The position numbers and the translations under genes were made by a program. The notes beneath the pieces are model-generated. The model made no database searches. It was not told where the DNA came from and saw only the letters and a program-made list of their open reading frames with translations. From contig OZ025687.1 of the NCBI GenBank assembly GCA_964019335.1, positions 124,001-188,000 of the forward strand: a DNA stretch of 64,000 bases, read 5' to 3'. Shown here one piece after another: positions 41,249 to 52,103 of this stretch. Numbering within the stretch: the first letter of the stretch is position 1; every line of letters starts with the position of its first letter. Source of the stretch: Diplonema japonicum (Eukaryota; Protista; Euglenozoa: Diplonemea).

Positions 41249-42322
41249 TGAAAAAAAGTTTCAAAATTTTCTTTTGCAACTATTTTACACGCCCCCCCCC
41301 CCTTTTTTTCGTTCCCTTTCTTTTGGTTTGTCTCTGGTCTTTTAACCTTTAAAGCTGGGTGGAATTAAAAACAAAAAAAAGAAGGACAGCAACACGAACG
41401 TTTCACTCAGAATAGTTAAAATAGGACCTGAAGAATGCGAAGATGGAGGGAGTGGGAAAAAAAAACGAATGGAGAAAAAAAAAAAGAAAAAAATGGGAGA
41501 GAGAAACAATTCTGCCAAAAGCCATTTTTCTTTTTTTTTTTTTTTTTCTCGAGACTTGGTAACCTTCGCGAGAGAAGAGAGAAGAAACCGCAAAATGCGG
41601 GTTTTCAAATTCTCATCACACGACCAGAATTCACTTTGTTTCTCTCCCCCCCTGTTCCCTCGTTCCAACAGTTGAACCTCAGACGTCCCCCAAACTAAAG
41701 GGGGCTTTTCTCAGTTCAACTTGATGAAGAAGAATACACAATTTAAAAAAGAAAAACTGACACCCATAAACGTAGAGAATATTTTCTTTTTGAAAAAGTA
41801 GAGAGGGGCGAGGGAAGAACGCGCACCAAAAAAGAAACTACGTTAAAAATCACCCCCCCCCTTTTTTTATATAAACTTACCCACCATTATCTGTGGGTTA
41901 GAAGAGGGAACAACTGGCCGTTGTTTGCACGTGCCGGGCAAACCTGGAGAAGTTTGTAAACCCGAAACACGGTTGTCAACGTTTCCCCTTTTGTTTAGAC
42001 AAGTCAAAGACTCGTTCTTGCAAAAAGAATTGACACACACACACACTCACACATCAGCAGATATTGTCACACAAAAAAAAAAAAAAAAAAAAAAAAAAAA
42101 ACAGACGGTAATAAAATTGAACAACAAACCAAGACGCACCCCCCCCATTAAAATGAGGCAAAGTAATGTCGTAATAGGGAGAAGAACAAAAGGGAAAAAA
42201 AGAAAAAAAAAACAAAAAAAAAACTGAACCGAAGGAAGGGGAAGAAAGGAAAGAGAGGAATTTTTATAAGAAGGTGAAGAATAAGAAAGAAAGACTTTTT
42301 TTTTCCCCCTCCCCTGTTTATT

Positions 42323-42905
42323 TCACATAGGCCCCAGCATCGTGGCGACTCTCCGGACGGAGAGTGATCGAGCCAAGGGCTTAGGGAAAGGAACAGATGT
42401 GGGAACAGCATTGCGACAAGCGGTGGTGAAGGAAGCGGCAGGGGGAGAGGTGCGGTATGAGGAGGCCAAGGCGGTGTTTGAGGTAGTGGGAGGCATTCCT
42501 TTTTTTTTTTTTTTTTTTTTTTTTTTCCGTCTACTTTCCTTCATCCATACCTGATAGAAGACAATTTATTTCATCTATACGCTCAGCAGATGCAGGTGAA
42601 GTTGCCCTCGCTGGTAATGTAGCCAACCGAGCGTCCTCACACATAGCGGTGTTCAGTGCAGTGGGAGGCATTCCTGTGATAAAGAAAAAAAAAATTAACC
42701 CCTTCTTTTTTTTTTTGTGCACACCCGACAGCAAACAGTTCATCTCATCCACACTGCTACGCGCGTTGGCCTGCGGCACTCCTTCCGAAGAAACCGCTGT
42801 TCTCAAACTGCCCCCCTTCCCCCTGTGCAGCACATCGTTCACGTTATCTAAAGTGGGCGGTGCTCCTGTCATCAGGACAACCTGCTCCGCAAGGGTTATG
42901 TTCAT
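42323..42905 (-). CDS. Small hypothetical protein with duplicated DE(M/I)NCLLSGMPPT..NTA motif (2 introns)
   Basis: Start MNITLAEQ. Phase-1 introns 42674-42724 and 42499-42550 both interrupt the Gly codon of LLS-G-MPPT. Confidence 0.7.
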
Positions 42906-42987
42906 TTTTTTTTTTTTTTTTTTTTTTTTCGCCTGAGGGTTTTTGCATTCGTTTCGCAATGGATAGGGGAAAAAAAAGAAAATAAAA

Positions 42988-44079
42988 TCACATCTCATTG
43001 ATTTTCTGCGCCAGTTCCGTCACCCTCTTTATGACAGCCTCGCGGTGGTCCGGGTGCAGCAACGACCCGAACCTCTGCTGTATCTTGTCGGGGTGCCACA
43101 TGCTGAACAGCTGCCGCTTGTAATGGAGCAGAAGGCTAGGGGTCCGCACCACCTTTCCAGGAAGGGGGAACTTTCCTGAAGAGGTCAACACCGGCCACGG
43201 CATGTCTTCAAACACAATACAACGGGGTGGATTGTTTTTAAAGGCCGTGAAGACCTCGATGTGAGAAAGCTGGGGTTCCCCCGCTTTGTCTCCTTTGCTC
43301 GCCGGCTTCGACTTCGTTTTCCGCTGTTTTCTTGCGTCCCTCTCGCTGGACCATTCATGCACCTCTTTGTCAATGCGCATGCGGTGCATGCGCCCGAACT
43401 CCTCTGCCGAGATTGAGTCAACATCGCAGGTGCCGTTTTCACACCCATTGTCATTGTCATTGTCATTGTCGTCTAAATAGGAATAATACTCATCTGTGTC
43501 GATATTCATTTTTGCGAAACTCTTCTTTTGTAGCTCTTCCCGTGCGGTGATCATCACGTATGACATTAGAAACTTTCGGTTTGTGTAAGCCAAGGCGATT
43601 GGGGTCTGCCCCTCGCTGTTTACATCCCGTAAAGCTTTGCGGAGGGTATCCCCACCCAGTCGGAGCAAGGCTTCCAAGACATCCAACCCGTCACTGTTGA
43701 CGGCCATGTGGAGCACATTGTTTTGCTTTCTACCTCTGATGCTCGCTAGTCGTTGGACGGTTACCTCGCAAGCGGGTTCGACGTTCTTTGTGAACCACGA
43801 GGGTTTGTTCTCGGTGATGGCCTCAATGCAGTCTTCTATCCATCTTTTCACGAACAGCTCCCGTCTCTTCTCTTGTATCTTTTCGTGGGTGTTGCGCGGT
43901 TTGCTTTTGTTCTTCTTGTCTTTTTTGTGTTTTCTTTTTTTCCGCCGTCTTCTGTGCGATGAAGACGAAGATGACGAGGACACAGTGCTCTTCGACACTA
44001 CGCTGCTGCTGCTGTTCCCACAGCTGTCTTCCTCTCGGTTGGTATAACGCACAGTATCCTCTACATATTTTCTTTTCAT
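42988..44079 (-). CDS. Ankyrin-repeat protein, NF-kappa-B inhibitor-like 1 type
   Basis: Basic N-terminus, two ankyrin repeats (NNVLHMAV, NSEGQTPIALA), C-terminal FEDMPWP and WHPDKIQQRFG..L...REAVIKRVTELAQKIN as in NFKBIL1. Confidence 0.72.
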   Translation of the reverse strand: MKRKYVEDTVRYTNREEDSCGNSSSSVVSKSTVSSSSSSSSHRRRRKKRKHKKDKKNKSKPRNTHEKIQEKRRELFVKRWIEDCIEAITENKPSWFTKNVEPACEVTVQRLASIRGRKQNNVLHMAVNSDGLDVLEALLRLGGDTLRKALRDVNSEGQTPIALAYTNRKFLMSYVMITAREELQKKSFAKMNIDTDEYYSYLDDNDNDNDNGCENGTCDVDSISAEEFGRMHRMRIDKEVHEWSSERDARKQRKTKSKPASKGDKAGEPQLSHIEVFTAFKNNPPRCIVFEDMPWPVLTSSGKFPLPGKVVRTPSLLLHYKRQLFSMWHPDKIQQRFGSLLHPDHREAVIKRVTELAQKINEM

Positions 44080-44085
44080 GGAACT

Positions 44086-44117
<32 letters not shown>

Positions 44118-44655
44118 TAGATTTATCTCAACGGCCGTCTGGAAGGAAGAAAAACAAAAAAATAGAACGTTTGTTTTAAAAAGTTAGAAAAAGACAAAAA
44201 AAAAAAAAAAAAAACAACAAATGTAAAAGTTGGTCGTGCACCATGAAGATGGGATGCTTCGGTAATGCTATTCAGCGTGTTTATAGTGATTAAGAAAAAG
44301 AGAAAGAAAAAAAAAAAAGAGTCTTGTTCGCACGCGAGCGGGAAAAAAAGAAACAAAAAATGTTTCTATTTGCCCAGCACAGAGGGTGCATAAAGGCATT
44401 TTCTCTGTTTTTTTTCTTTTTTTTCTTTCTTTTTTGGAAAGATGAAAAATATCCGGGAAAAAAAAAAAAAAAGATCACAAAGGAAATGAAAGAAGAAGGA
44501 AGGGGTGACGTACTATAACAAGTAGCCGTAACCTTGTAAAAGTACCGTCAGATGAAGAGAAACAAGAAACAAACAAACAAGAAAACACGGGGTGACAGTT
44601 ATTTCTATTTTCTTTTCTCTTTTTTTTTTTTTTTTTCATTTCCTTCCTTTTCATT

Positions 44656-46650
44656 TCACTTCTCTTCCAGAACCGCAAAGTGAGAGCAGAACCCTGATTC
44701 GTTGTACGGAGTACCAGCTACGACGCTCTGCTGACCGTGCAAGATGAACCCCACACCCTGTGGCTGCACAGGGTCGTTAGGCTTGGGTGAGTTGACATTA
44801 GGGAGGTAAAGAGTAGCATTGGTAGTTGAAATCACACTAAAGATGACCTCCTGGACTCCCTGGAACCAGTTGTAAAATCCACCACCAAACAGCACAAATC
44901 CATTGCTGTTCTCCACAGTAATCCCGTAGGCAGTGGGCGGGACCTGCCAGTAAGGCGTTTCAGTTTGAGGGATGGCCATAAAGACATTGCTTGCACCGTG
45001 TATCAAAAACTGGAACTCGTAGCAGTGCTCGAAGGCGGCACCCACTAGGTACAAAGGCTCCTCCTTTGAGTTGACGCGCATCCCGTGCGGGGTTTTCACT
45101 GTAATCAGCGCTCCTGTGTCGATGTTGTGGTCAGCCACCCACCCCCACATGTTTTCGATGTACCCGCCCCCACTTGTTGTTACGTGAATCATTTCCTTCA
45201 CATCGTGGTACAGCCTGACATGGACATCCCATGCTGCCCCTCTCCCTGCACCCCATCTCAGCAGCAGCACGTTCGGTACATCCGCTTCTGCTGTTAAAAT
45301 TAACTTCACCAGCATCGTCTCGGCCAGCCTGTCGTTTGGTGTGCTGAGCATTGGTGTCGTGATGGGCCTCGTGAAGTGTGCGGACTTCGCAGCGCGTATC
45401 TCGCTCATCGAATCACCGATGAGCTTCGTGTCGCTCCTAAGATGCAGAGTGTTCGACACCAGGTAGCACCCGTAAGGAAGGAACACCTCGTCATGCTGGT
45501 CGATGGCTTTCTGCAACGCCGCCGTGTCATCTGCCTTGCAGTCGCCCTTCGCACCTGCCTGGTACACGTTGAACGGGCTGGTGAAGGCAGGCAACGGCCT
45601 GTTCTCCACAGGCACGTCTGGTCTCTGTGGAGTAAAGAAGCCACGCATGCCCGTCTCGCCGATGGCATGCCCCTCACGCCATGCCCTCACGTAAGCAGGC
45701 GCGGGCACTATGCTCTCGGAGCAGTTTGGCGTCATGTAGCACGCAGTGAGGTTTGCCACGCCTGAGGTCGCCACCCTTTCCAGCACAATGCTCCGCGACG
45801 CTGCAGGCCAGTGGAAGTCAGTCCATATCGCTGTCCCCACGTTCGTGAAGGAACTGTCTGCGACAACAAGGCCCCCTGCCGTGCCTTGGTACTGGATCCC
45901 TACGGGGCAGTTCGTCATCTCTAAACCAATGAAGGTGAAAACCCAGTTCCACAGTATCTGAATCCCAACGGACCTGCTGTTCATGACTTTCACGGACAGG
46001 AAGGTCCACTGCTGCGACCCATACACCAGGCCTATCCTCCCGCCATCAACGGTGACGTCGCTCATGAGCCCGCCGCTGCCGTTCTCGCAGAAGATGCCTC
46101 CTTCTGAATTACCTGCTTTGATGACAACGTTACGCAGCGAAGTGCCCTGCGACACTGCCCAGTGCACACCGAAGGCGCCCTCGTTGCCCGGCTCGGTCAT
46201 GTCTATAACGACATTGTTGAGCTGGTAGTAGAAGTCGTCAGTGTGCTGGCACCCATTGCACGAGGCAGGGCCCGCGACAACGTACTTCCTGGTGCCTGCA
46301 GGGACGGAGTTGGCCTTCAGCTTGAGGGTGGCAGGACAGGCCTGGTTCCCAGCAAGCATGGTATAGAAATAGAGCTGCAGCTGGTCGCTGACGAGATAGG
46401 TGCCAGGAGGAAGGTACACCTTGAGCTGCTGCTCGGTGGACCGGATGTCCTGCCTGCCCGAGATGAGGGCGGCAGTGATGGCAGCTGTGTCGTCATGAAC
46501 ACCGTCACCGACTGCACCGTAGTCCTTCACATTGCGCACCCACGGGCCTCGTTCCGTGCTGTCGTACCATGTCTCGCATGGGTCGCTGCTGCTGATGTTC
46601 AAGCCATGCACACAACACGCTAGCGACACAACGAAAGCAGCATGCTGCAT
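44656..46650 (-). CDS. Secreted GH55 beta-1,3-glucanase (laminarinase)
   Basis: Signal peptide, two beta-helix starts (RNVKDYGAVGDGVHDDTAAI and AGAKGDCKADDTAALQKAI), HWAVSQGTSL, GSQQWT, ENMWGWVADH, QTETPYWQ. Confidence 0.9.
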   Translation of the reverse strand: MQHAAFVVSLACCVHGLNISSSDPCETWYDSTERGPWVRNVKDYGAVGDGVHDDTAAITAALISGRQDIRSTEQQLKVYLPPGTYLVSDQLQLYFYTMLAGNQACPATLKLKANSVPAGTRKYVVAGPASCNGCQHTDDFYYQLNNVVIDMTEPGNEGAFGVHWAVSQGTSLRNVVIKAGNSEGGIFCENGSGGLMSDVTVDGGRIGLVYGSQQWTFLSVKVMNSRSVGIQILWNWVFTFIGLEMTNCPVGIQYQGTAGGLVVADSSFTNVGTAIWTDFHWPAASRSIVLERVATSGVANLTACYMTPNCSESIVPAPAYVRAWREGHAIGETGMRGFFTPQRPDVPVENRPLPAFTSPFNVYQAGAKGDCKADDTAALQKAIDQHDEVFLPYGCYLVSNTLHLRSDTKLIGDSMSEIRAAKSAHFTRPITTPMLSTPNDRLAETMLVKLILTAEADVPNVLLLRWGAGRGAAWDVHVRLYHDVKEMIHVTTSGGGYIENMWGWVADHNIDTGALITVKTPHGMRVNSKEEPLYLVGAAFEHCYEFQFLIHGASNVFMAIPQTETPYWQVPPTAYGITVENSNGFVLFGGGFYNWFQGVQEVIFSVISTTNATLYLPNVNSPKPNDPVQPQGVGFILHGQQSVVAGTPYNESGFCSHFAVLEEK

Positions 46651-46727
46651 CTTCCTGACTAGAAATGACGGAGAAAAAAAAAGGGGGGAAAGGGGAAAGA
46701 AGGGGAAAAATCTAAAAAATTCGGAAT

Positions 46728-47040
46728 CTACTGTGGGGCCAGCGGGTCGAGTTTGGTGACTCCTGTTTTACACTCCACCCATCTCAGAGTTGTTATCAGC
46801 ACATTCTCGAGCTCCTCAGGTGTTATGTTGTCGTAAATATCGGACGACAACAAGGCACCTGCTATCGATTGCTCCATTTCTTTTCGCTGTGAAAGGAATT
46901 CTTTCTTTGGAAAAAAAAAGGCGGCATACATTTGTGATATTGCTTGTGGCTGCATCCACACGAGTTTTTTCAGCATTATACCGAGTGGCCCTCTGCAAAG
47001 GGTTTCTGAGATACGCAACGCTAAGGCGTAAAACACGCAT
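46728..47040 (-). CDS. Small (~89 aa) hypothetical protein, possibly mitochondrial (1 intron)
   Basis: Intron 46887-46929 (GTATGC...TCACAG) joins MRVLRLSVAYLRNPLQRATRY...SNITN to RKEMEQ...DPLAPQ*. Confidence 0.6.
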
Positions 47041-47496
47041 TTTCTTTATGGCCCAGCTGGAATAGATGCGTGAGGGGGAGAAACCAGTATCTTTTATTTC
47101 TTTTTTTTTGAAAAAAAAATAATGGAATGAATGATGCCCACGTTTATCTCCTGTTTTTTTCTTTCAAAAACAAAACAAAAAAAAAAAAAAAAACGGAAAG
47201 GGGAGCGAGCCGGGGAGAGGAAGAAGAAGCTAGATGGACCTTTTTGGGGCAAAAAAAAACCCCCCCCCCTGGTTCTTGCAAAAAAAAAAACTTGTTTTTT
47301 TTTTTCTTTTTTTTTTCTCTTCCATCTTTTATTGTTGGATATTCTCTCTTTTTTTTTTTTTTTTAATCCATTGTATTTGACCTTCATCGAAGGTATTCTG
47401 AGGGAAATTCCCTTGGCATTTATCCTATTCTTTCCTTTTTCATTCTTCTTTTCTCTTCTCTATATTTTCATATCTCCAATATGTCTTATACTTTTC

Positions 47497-48582
47497 CTAT
47501 CGTATAGGCTGCCCTCTGGCCCACAAGGGCAGCATCATTAAGAGGGACCGCCGGTGCTCAAGATAAGCCGAAAAAAATTTGTAAGAGTAGAACATGGCGA
47601 GAAGCGCCAAAGCCACGTACCCGTAGCGCCACCTGTTTTTTTTTTTTTTTTTTTTTATCCAATTCCCATACTGTGAACCAGCGTGCACTGCGAAGTTCTC
47701 AGTGCACTGCATACGGCTGCGGTAGGGTTCCATGTAGCGAGGCCCGAAAAGGTTGGTCAAAAACTGTTTTTTTTTTCCTTTTTTTTTTTTTTTTTCCCCT
47801 TCCATACCGCCGGCGTGTCGTTAGGGATTTCCACCTTCAGAGACTCGGCACCTACCTTCCAGTCAATCGTCTTTGTGGGCACGATCCACTCGTACCTGTT
47901 GCACCCCGGGATCTTGAAGTGCTGATACGTGAAGTCAGGGTTGTACAGACAGGTCACCCCACCTATATCCTTCTTGGACCACAGCCAGATGTCCCCATGG
48001 CCCCCGGAAGAGTGCCGTATCTGCACCAGATGCCTTTCTGGGTGGTATACAACCTCTAAGTCTTTTGCATGGAAATCTCTCAGCTTTTTAACCAGCTCGG
48101 CTGCGTCAGGATCCTGCTCCGTGTCGTATTGCAGGTAGTAGTCTGTGTCCTGGTCCCACGGCATCAGCCCTTTGTACTTACGGACGACCACCAGAAGCGT
48201 CCCGTCGGCAAGAAACTTTTTTTTTTTTTAAAAACCTTTTTTATTCTTCTCCTCCCGAGCATACATGCGGGTGGTTGTTGTTCCACTCCTCAGTTTGCGT
48301 TGTCCAAAATCGTGTGTTTTCCCTTAAAATCCGGTAAGTTGCCACCATCTTCTCACTGGCGATGGGGCACTCGGATGCGTAATAGTGCTCAATTGCGATC
48401 GTCGCCACCAGAAAGCCTACTCCAAGAGAAGCTAAGGCCGCAATGAACCTCACCCTTGAGTACTTCTTGACAGCAAGTATCCATGCCAATAACAGGCATC
48501 CCGCTGCTCCCCCAATAAACACGTTGTTTTCCACCAGCCAAGACAAGCCTTCGCTGTTCAGATGATCAACAGGAATTCTCAT
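47497..48582 (-). CDS. LicD-family nucleotidyltransferase-fold membrane protein (3 introns)
   Basis: FLADGTLLVVVR..GLMPWDQDTD and IPN....LTNLFGPRYMEP motifs. Introns 48216-48264, 47764-47807, 47633-47671. Confidence 0.85.
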
Positions 48583-48816
48583 TTCTTTTTTCTTCTTTTG
48601 TTCTTTTCTTCCCCTCCTTTCACACCGCCTTTTCTCTTTTCTCTTTTGTGGAGGGAAGCATGGGGGGGGGGGGGGATCAAAGAAAGAAGAAAAACAAGAA
48701 CAATTCCCCCGAAAGACCCCAACAATAATATAAGGCAAGAAGTGGAAGGAGATAAACCGTGTAGGAGGGGGGCGGGGGGGGGAACAAACACTCATTTTTC
48801 TTCTTTTTTTTTATAT

Positions 48817-49556
48817 TCACGCAGCGAGCTGAAAAAAAGATTGTTTTAAATTTTCAGAAAAAGAAACACGCACAAACCTGTTCAAGGAAAAGTGCATTCC
48901 GCACCACAGTGTTCACAGCCTCGATCCCCTGCGGGCCCTGCATGGAAGAAAAAATAGTTCTTTTTTTTTAATTCTTCAACAAACCTTTGCGGTCTCGCTA
49001 GGGTCCCTTGTGAGGGGCTCCGTGAACGAGTCTGTTGCAGCGTCGTGTGTCCAGTTCACGGACTTTGCTAGTTCAATGACTTCTTCTCGGGGGATGCAGA
49101 GCATCTGCGCAGCCTCGGAGACAGGAATGGTGATGTAAACCGCACGCAAGAGGGTAAGGGTTTTTTCCCGTATCTCAGCTGTGATGAAGTGAGACAAAAA
49201 AGATTTTGCAACACACCTTGTAGTGCGACAACCAATGTAGTGAAGCTCCCCGCCCATGGGTGCTTGGCAAGTGCCTCATGAGCAGCAGGCATTTCCTCGT
49301 TCCACAGTGCTTTCACGATTTTCCACACGGCAGTCACATCAACGTCGCGTTGGAGGCTCTGGCTCAGCCTCTTGTACAAAAACCTAGCGCTGTTCAAATC
49401 CCCGCACACCAGGTAGGCCAGCATCCCTACCGCGTACACGGCCCCCGTGGCAGGCTTGTCATAATGCATCGAGTCGTGCTCTTCTATCTCCCGTGCCACC
49501 TTGTCCCAGCTCCCAAGCTCCACGTACTTGAACACTCGGATCTCCATGTCGCTCAT
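48817..49556 (-). CDS. CSN8: COP9 signalosome subunit 8
   Basis: DLNSARFLYKRL, VWKIVKALW, AVYITI, C-terminal LFLE. Introns 49179-49216, 48938-48984 and probably 48829-48877. Confidence 0.8.
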
Positions 49557-49651
49557 GTTCCCTCTGCCCCCTTTCTGGAAAAAAGTTAGTTTTTTTTTTA
49601 AAAAGAAATTGGAACAGGTTTCTTCCCGTCTTTACTTATATAACATAACAT

Positions 49652-51220
49652 CTAAGCCAACATCTGTGTCTGTGTGTTGTAATACGTGTCGTGCCGTTTC
49701 GTCGGAGGCGGCATGCCACGGCCTCTGCCGTAGGAACGCTTGTCCTGTATCTCGTGCAGCTTCTTTGCAAGGCCCCACCTGCGGACACCGTCGGTCCCGT
49801 GGGCAGCGAGGAAGGCGTCGAGGGTCATGGTGCGGCCGTCGACGTCGATGCGTTCCTCAGGGCCGAAGGCGATCTCGACGCTTGCTTCATCTATGGTGAT
49901 GTGGGAGAGCTCTTCAGAGGTCCAGACAGGGATACCGTTCACCTGTACCACTTTCCTCCCAAGGTACGAAGTCAGACGGTTGGTGTCTGCCGCTGACCCC
50001 AGCCGCATCCCCACCAGCACCATGCTCTGCAGTCGCAACCCGACATCGTCGCCGCGCTTTTTCTTCAAAGTGATCTCCGATGGGTCGGCAGGGGGGAAGA
50101 GTGCCGTGGGACCCAGCAGGTTCTTCTTTGTTTCTTGTTGCACATATTCTTTGACCTGTTCAGCGCTCGTGCCTTCCATCACTTGTGCATTTTCCAAGGG
50201 TACGTACTTGACGCCCTTTCCCTTCACGTAGACGGACAGCCCTGTGCCCCACGAGTCGACTACTTTCCCTGTCTCGCCATTCAGCTCCCTGCTGTCCTGT
50301 AATGAGTGGATCTCCACCAGTGTGTCTCTTGCCAGGCCGTTCACGGTGTACATGCCTGGTTCGTCAAAGCCTATCATCACGTTGCCCACAGACTTCCCTA
50401 GCTCCCTGTCGAAGTCGGCCTCTTGGAACACGGGTCTGTTCCCCACTGTTAGTATCGTGCGCCCGATGAAGCTGGCGAAGCCGGACCGCTCGGCGTTGCC
50501 GTCTGGGACGACACCGCTGAGGCATAGCTTGTTGTCGTGTGCCAGCGACGTGCTGACGATGCACCCGTGCTCGCGCTTCTTGCCGCGTAGCTGCAGCTCG
50601 TGTTCCTCGTATGCCACCGGCTTGGGCTTCGTCTTCATGGGCTGCATGAAGGCGTCGACTTCTTGTTTCTTTTTGAGGAGCTTTTTAGGAGGCGCGGTCT
50701 CGATCTTGTGGAGGTGTGTTCTGCACCGCCAGAACCCGCCGCCGACACAGAGTGCCACGCACAGCACGAAGACGATGACGATGATGGTGATGAGCGTTGT
50801 GTTTGACGATGAGGAGGAGGATGTCCCACAGACACCGGAGATGCAGATGGTGCCGCCTGTGATGCAAGGGGTATCGTCAGGTTTGGACATGTCACAAACA
50901 CCTGAGATTTGATTGCATTCGGCGGTGCGGCATTCCGTTTCGACACACTTAACACCTTCGCAGACTGGTGGGGGGGGTGGGGAGGTGTTGGGTGCTGGCG
51001 GTGGGTTGCAAATGCTCGTGGGGAACCAGCTCGTCCCCAAACATGTAGCGGTCGCCCTTCCGTCCGCGCAACTGAACGCGCACACCACCTGATCTCCAAC
51101 AATCCTTCCCACAACACATCCTGCCGTTTCGCTTGCAACACCGTTTGTCCTAAGCGCATCGAAAATACACACACTACTGCACTGGACCACCAGTGCCAGG
51201 GTCGTTGTCATCACTCGCAT
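49652..51220 (-). CDS. Single-pass membrane protein with Cys-rich ectodomain and PDZ-like cytoplasmic repeats
   Basis: Signal peptide, Cys-rich region, TM helix and two L..V...G.A.......GR.I..VNG.PV units. Confidence 0.75.
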   Translation of the reverse strand: MRVMTTTLALVVQCSSVCIFDALRTNGVASETAGCVVGRIVGDQVVCAFSCADGRATATCLGTSWFPTSICNPPPAPNTSPPPPPVCEGVKCVETECRTAECNQISGVCDMSKPDDTPCITGGTICISGVCGTSSSSSSNTTLITIIVIVFVLCVALCVGGGFWRCRTHLHKIETAPPKKLLKKKQEVDAFMQPMKTKPKPVAYEEHELQLRGKKREHGCIVSTSLAHDNKLCLSGVVPDGNAERSGFASFIGRTILTVGNRPVFQEADFDRELGKSVGNVMIGFDEPGMYTVNGLARDTLVEIHSLQDSRELNGETGKVVDSWGTGLSVYVKGKGVKYVPLENAQVMEGTSAEQVKEYVQQETKKNLLGPTALFPPADPSEITLKKKRGDDVGLRLQSMVLVGMRLGSAADTNRLTSYLGRKVVQVNGIPVWTSEELSHITIDEASVEIAFGPEERIDVDGRTMTLDAFLAAHGTDGVRRWGLAKKLHEIQDKRSYGRGRGMPPPTKRHDTYYNTQTQMLA

Positions 51221-52103
51221 GTCTTCTTTTTTTTTTTAAAGAATGGTGGCCAACTCCTGTAGTATATTTAAAAGAAAAAAGGTCGAGGAAAGAGGGGGGG
51301 GGGGGGGAAGTTTTAATAAGCCTTTTTATTTTTTTTTCTTTTTCTTCTTCTTCTTCAAGGAGCGAGTTTAAACAAATCAAAAAAAGGAGAAGGGGTGTGG
51401 AAAAAAAAAAAAAGAGGCGGTGGGTTAGCACAACAAGAGAGAGAAAAAAAGAAAAACAACAAAAAAATGTCTGGTGCAAGCTTTTTTCTTTTTTTTTTTT
51501 AAAATTTTCTTCACTATGATGGGGAACAGCGTTAGCGACGACAGACCAGATGGGAAAAAAAAATGAGGGTGTGGGGAATGCAAGGCGTGGCGAGGGAAAA
51601 GAAAAGAAGGCATCTACCACCGCGGCCCTAGCCCTGTATGCAAACTCTTCATTCTTTTTTACTTTCTTTCCTCTTCTTCTGTCCCTTTCTTTTTTTCTTT
51701 TTCTTTTTTCCCCTCTCCTTTCAACAAGAAAAAATATGGGGGAAAAAGAAACTTGTCATTTTCTTTTCTTTTTTTTTTGGTTTTTCGCTCGAGTAAGGGG
51801 CACAGAGAGAATGCAAGAAAGTAAAAAAGAGAACAAGAAAAGAAAAAAAAAAGAAAAAAAAAGAGACATTTAAGGGTACCTGCGGTATGTGGCAGGACGC
51901 CTGAAAAAAAGACAGCAAAACAAAAACAAAAAATGAAGATACATTCCTTACTCGGCACACAAAGAAAGGGAAAAAAAAAAAAAAAAAAAAGTGTACAAGT
52001 TTTTTTATTTTGAAAAAAAAAAAAAAAAAAAAAACACTGGGCGTGAACAAAAAAAAAAGGGGGGGTGAACCGAAGGGACAACCCCAAACACAACAAAAAA
52101 AAA

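Noticed and set aside
41670-41722. GTTGAAC...GTTCAAC hairpin, possible Tc1/pogo-type MITE remnant
   Set aside because: Arms are too short and degenerate, with no TA duplication.
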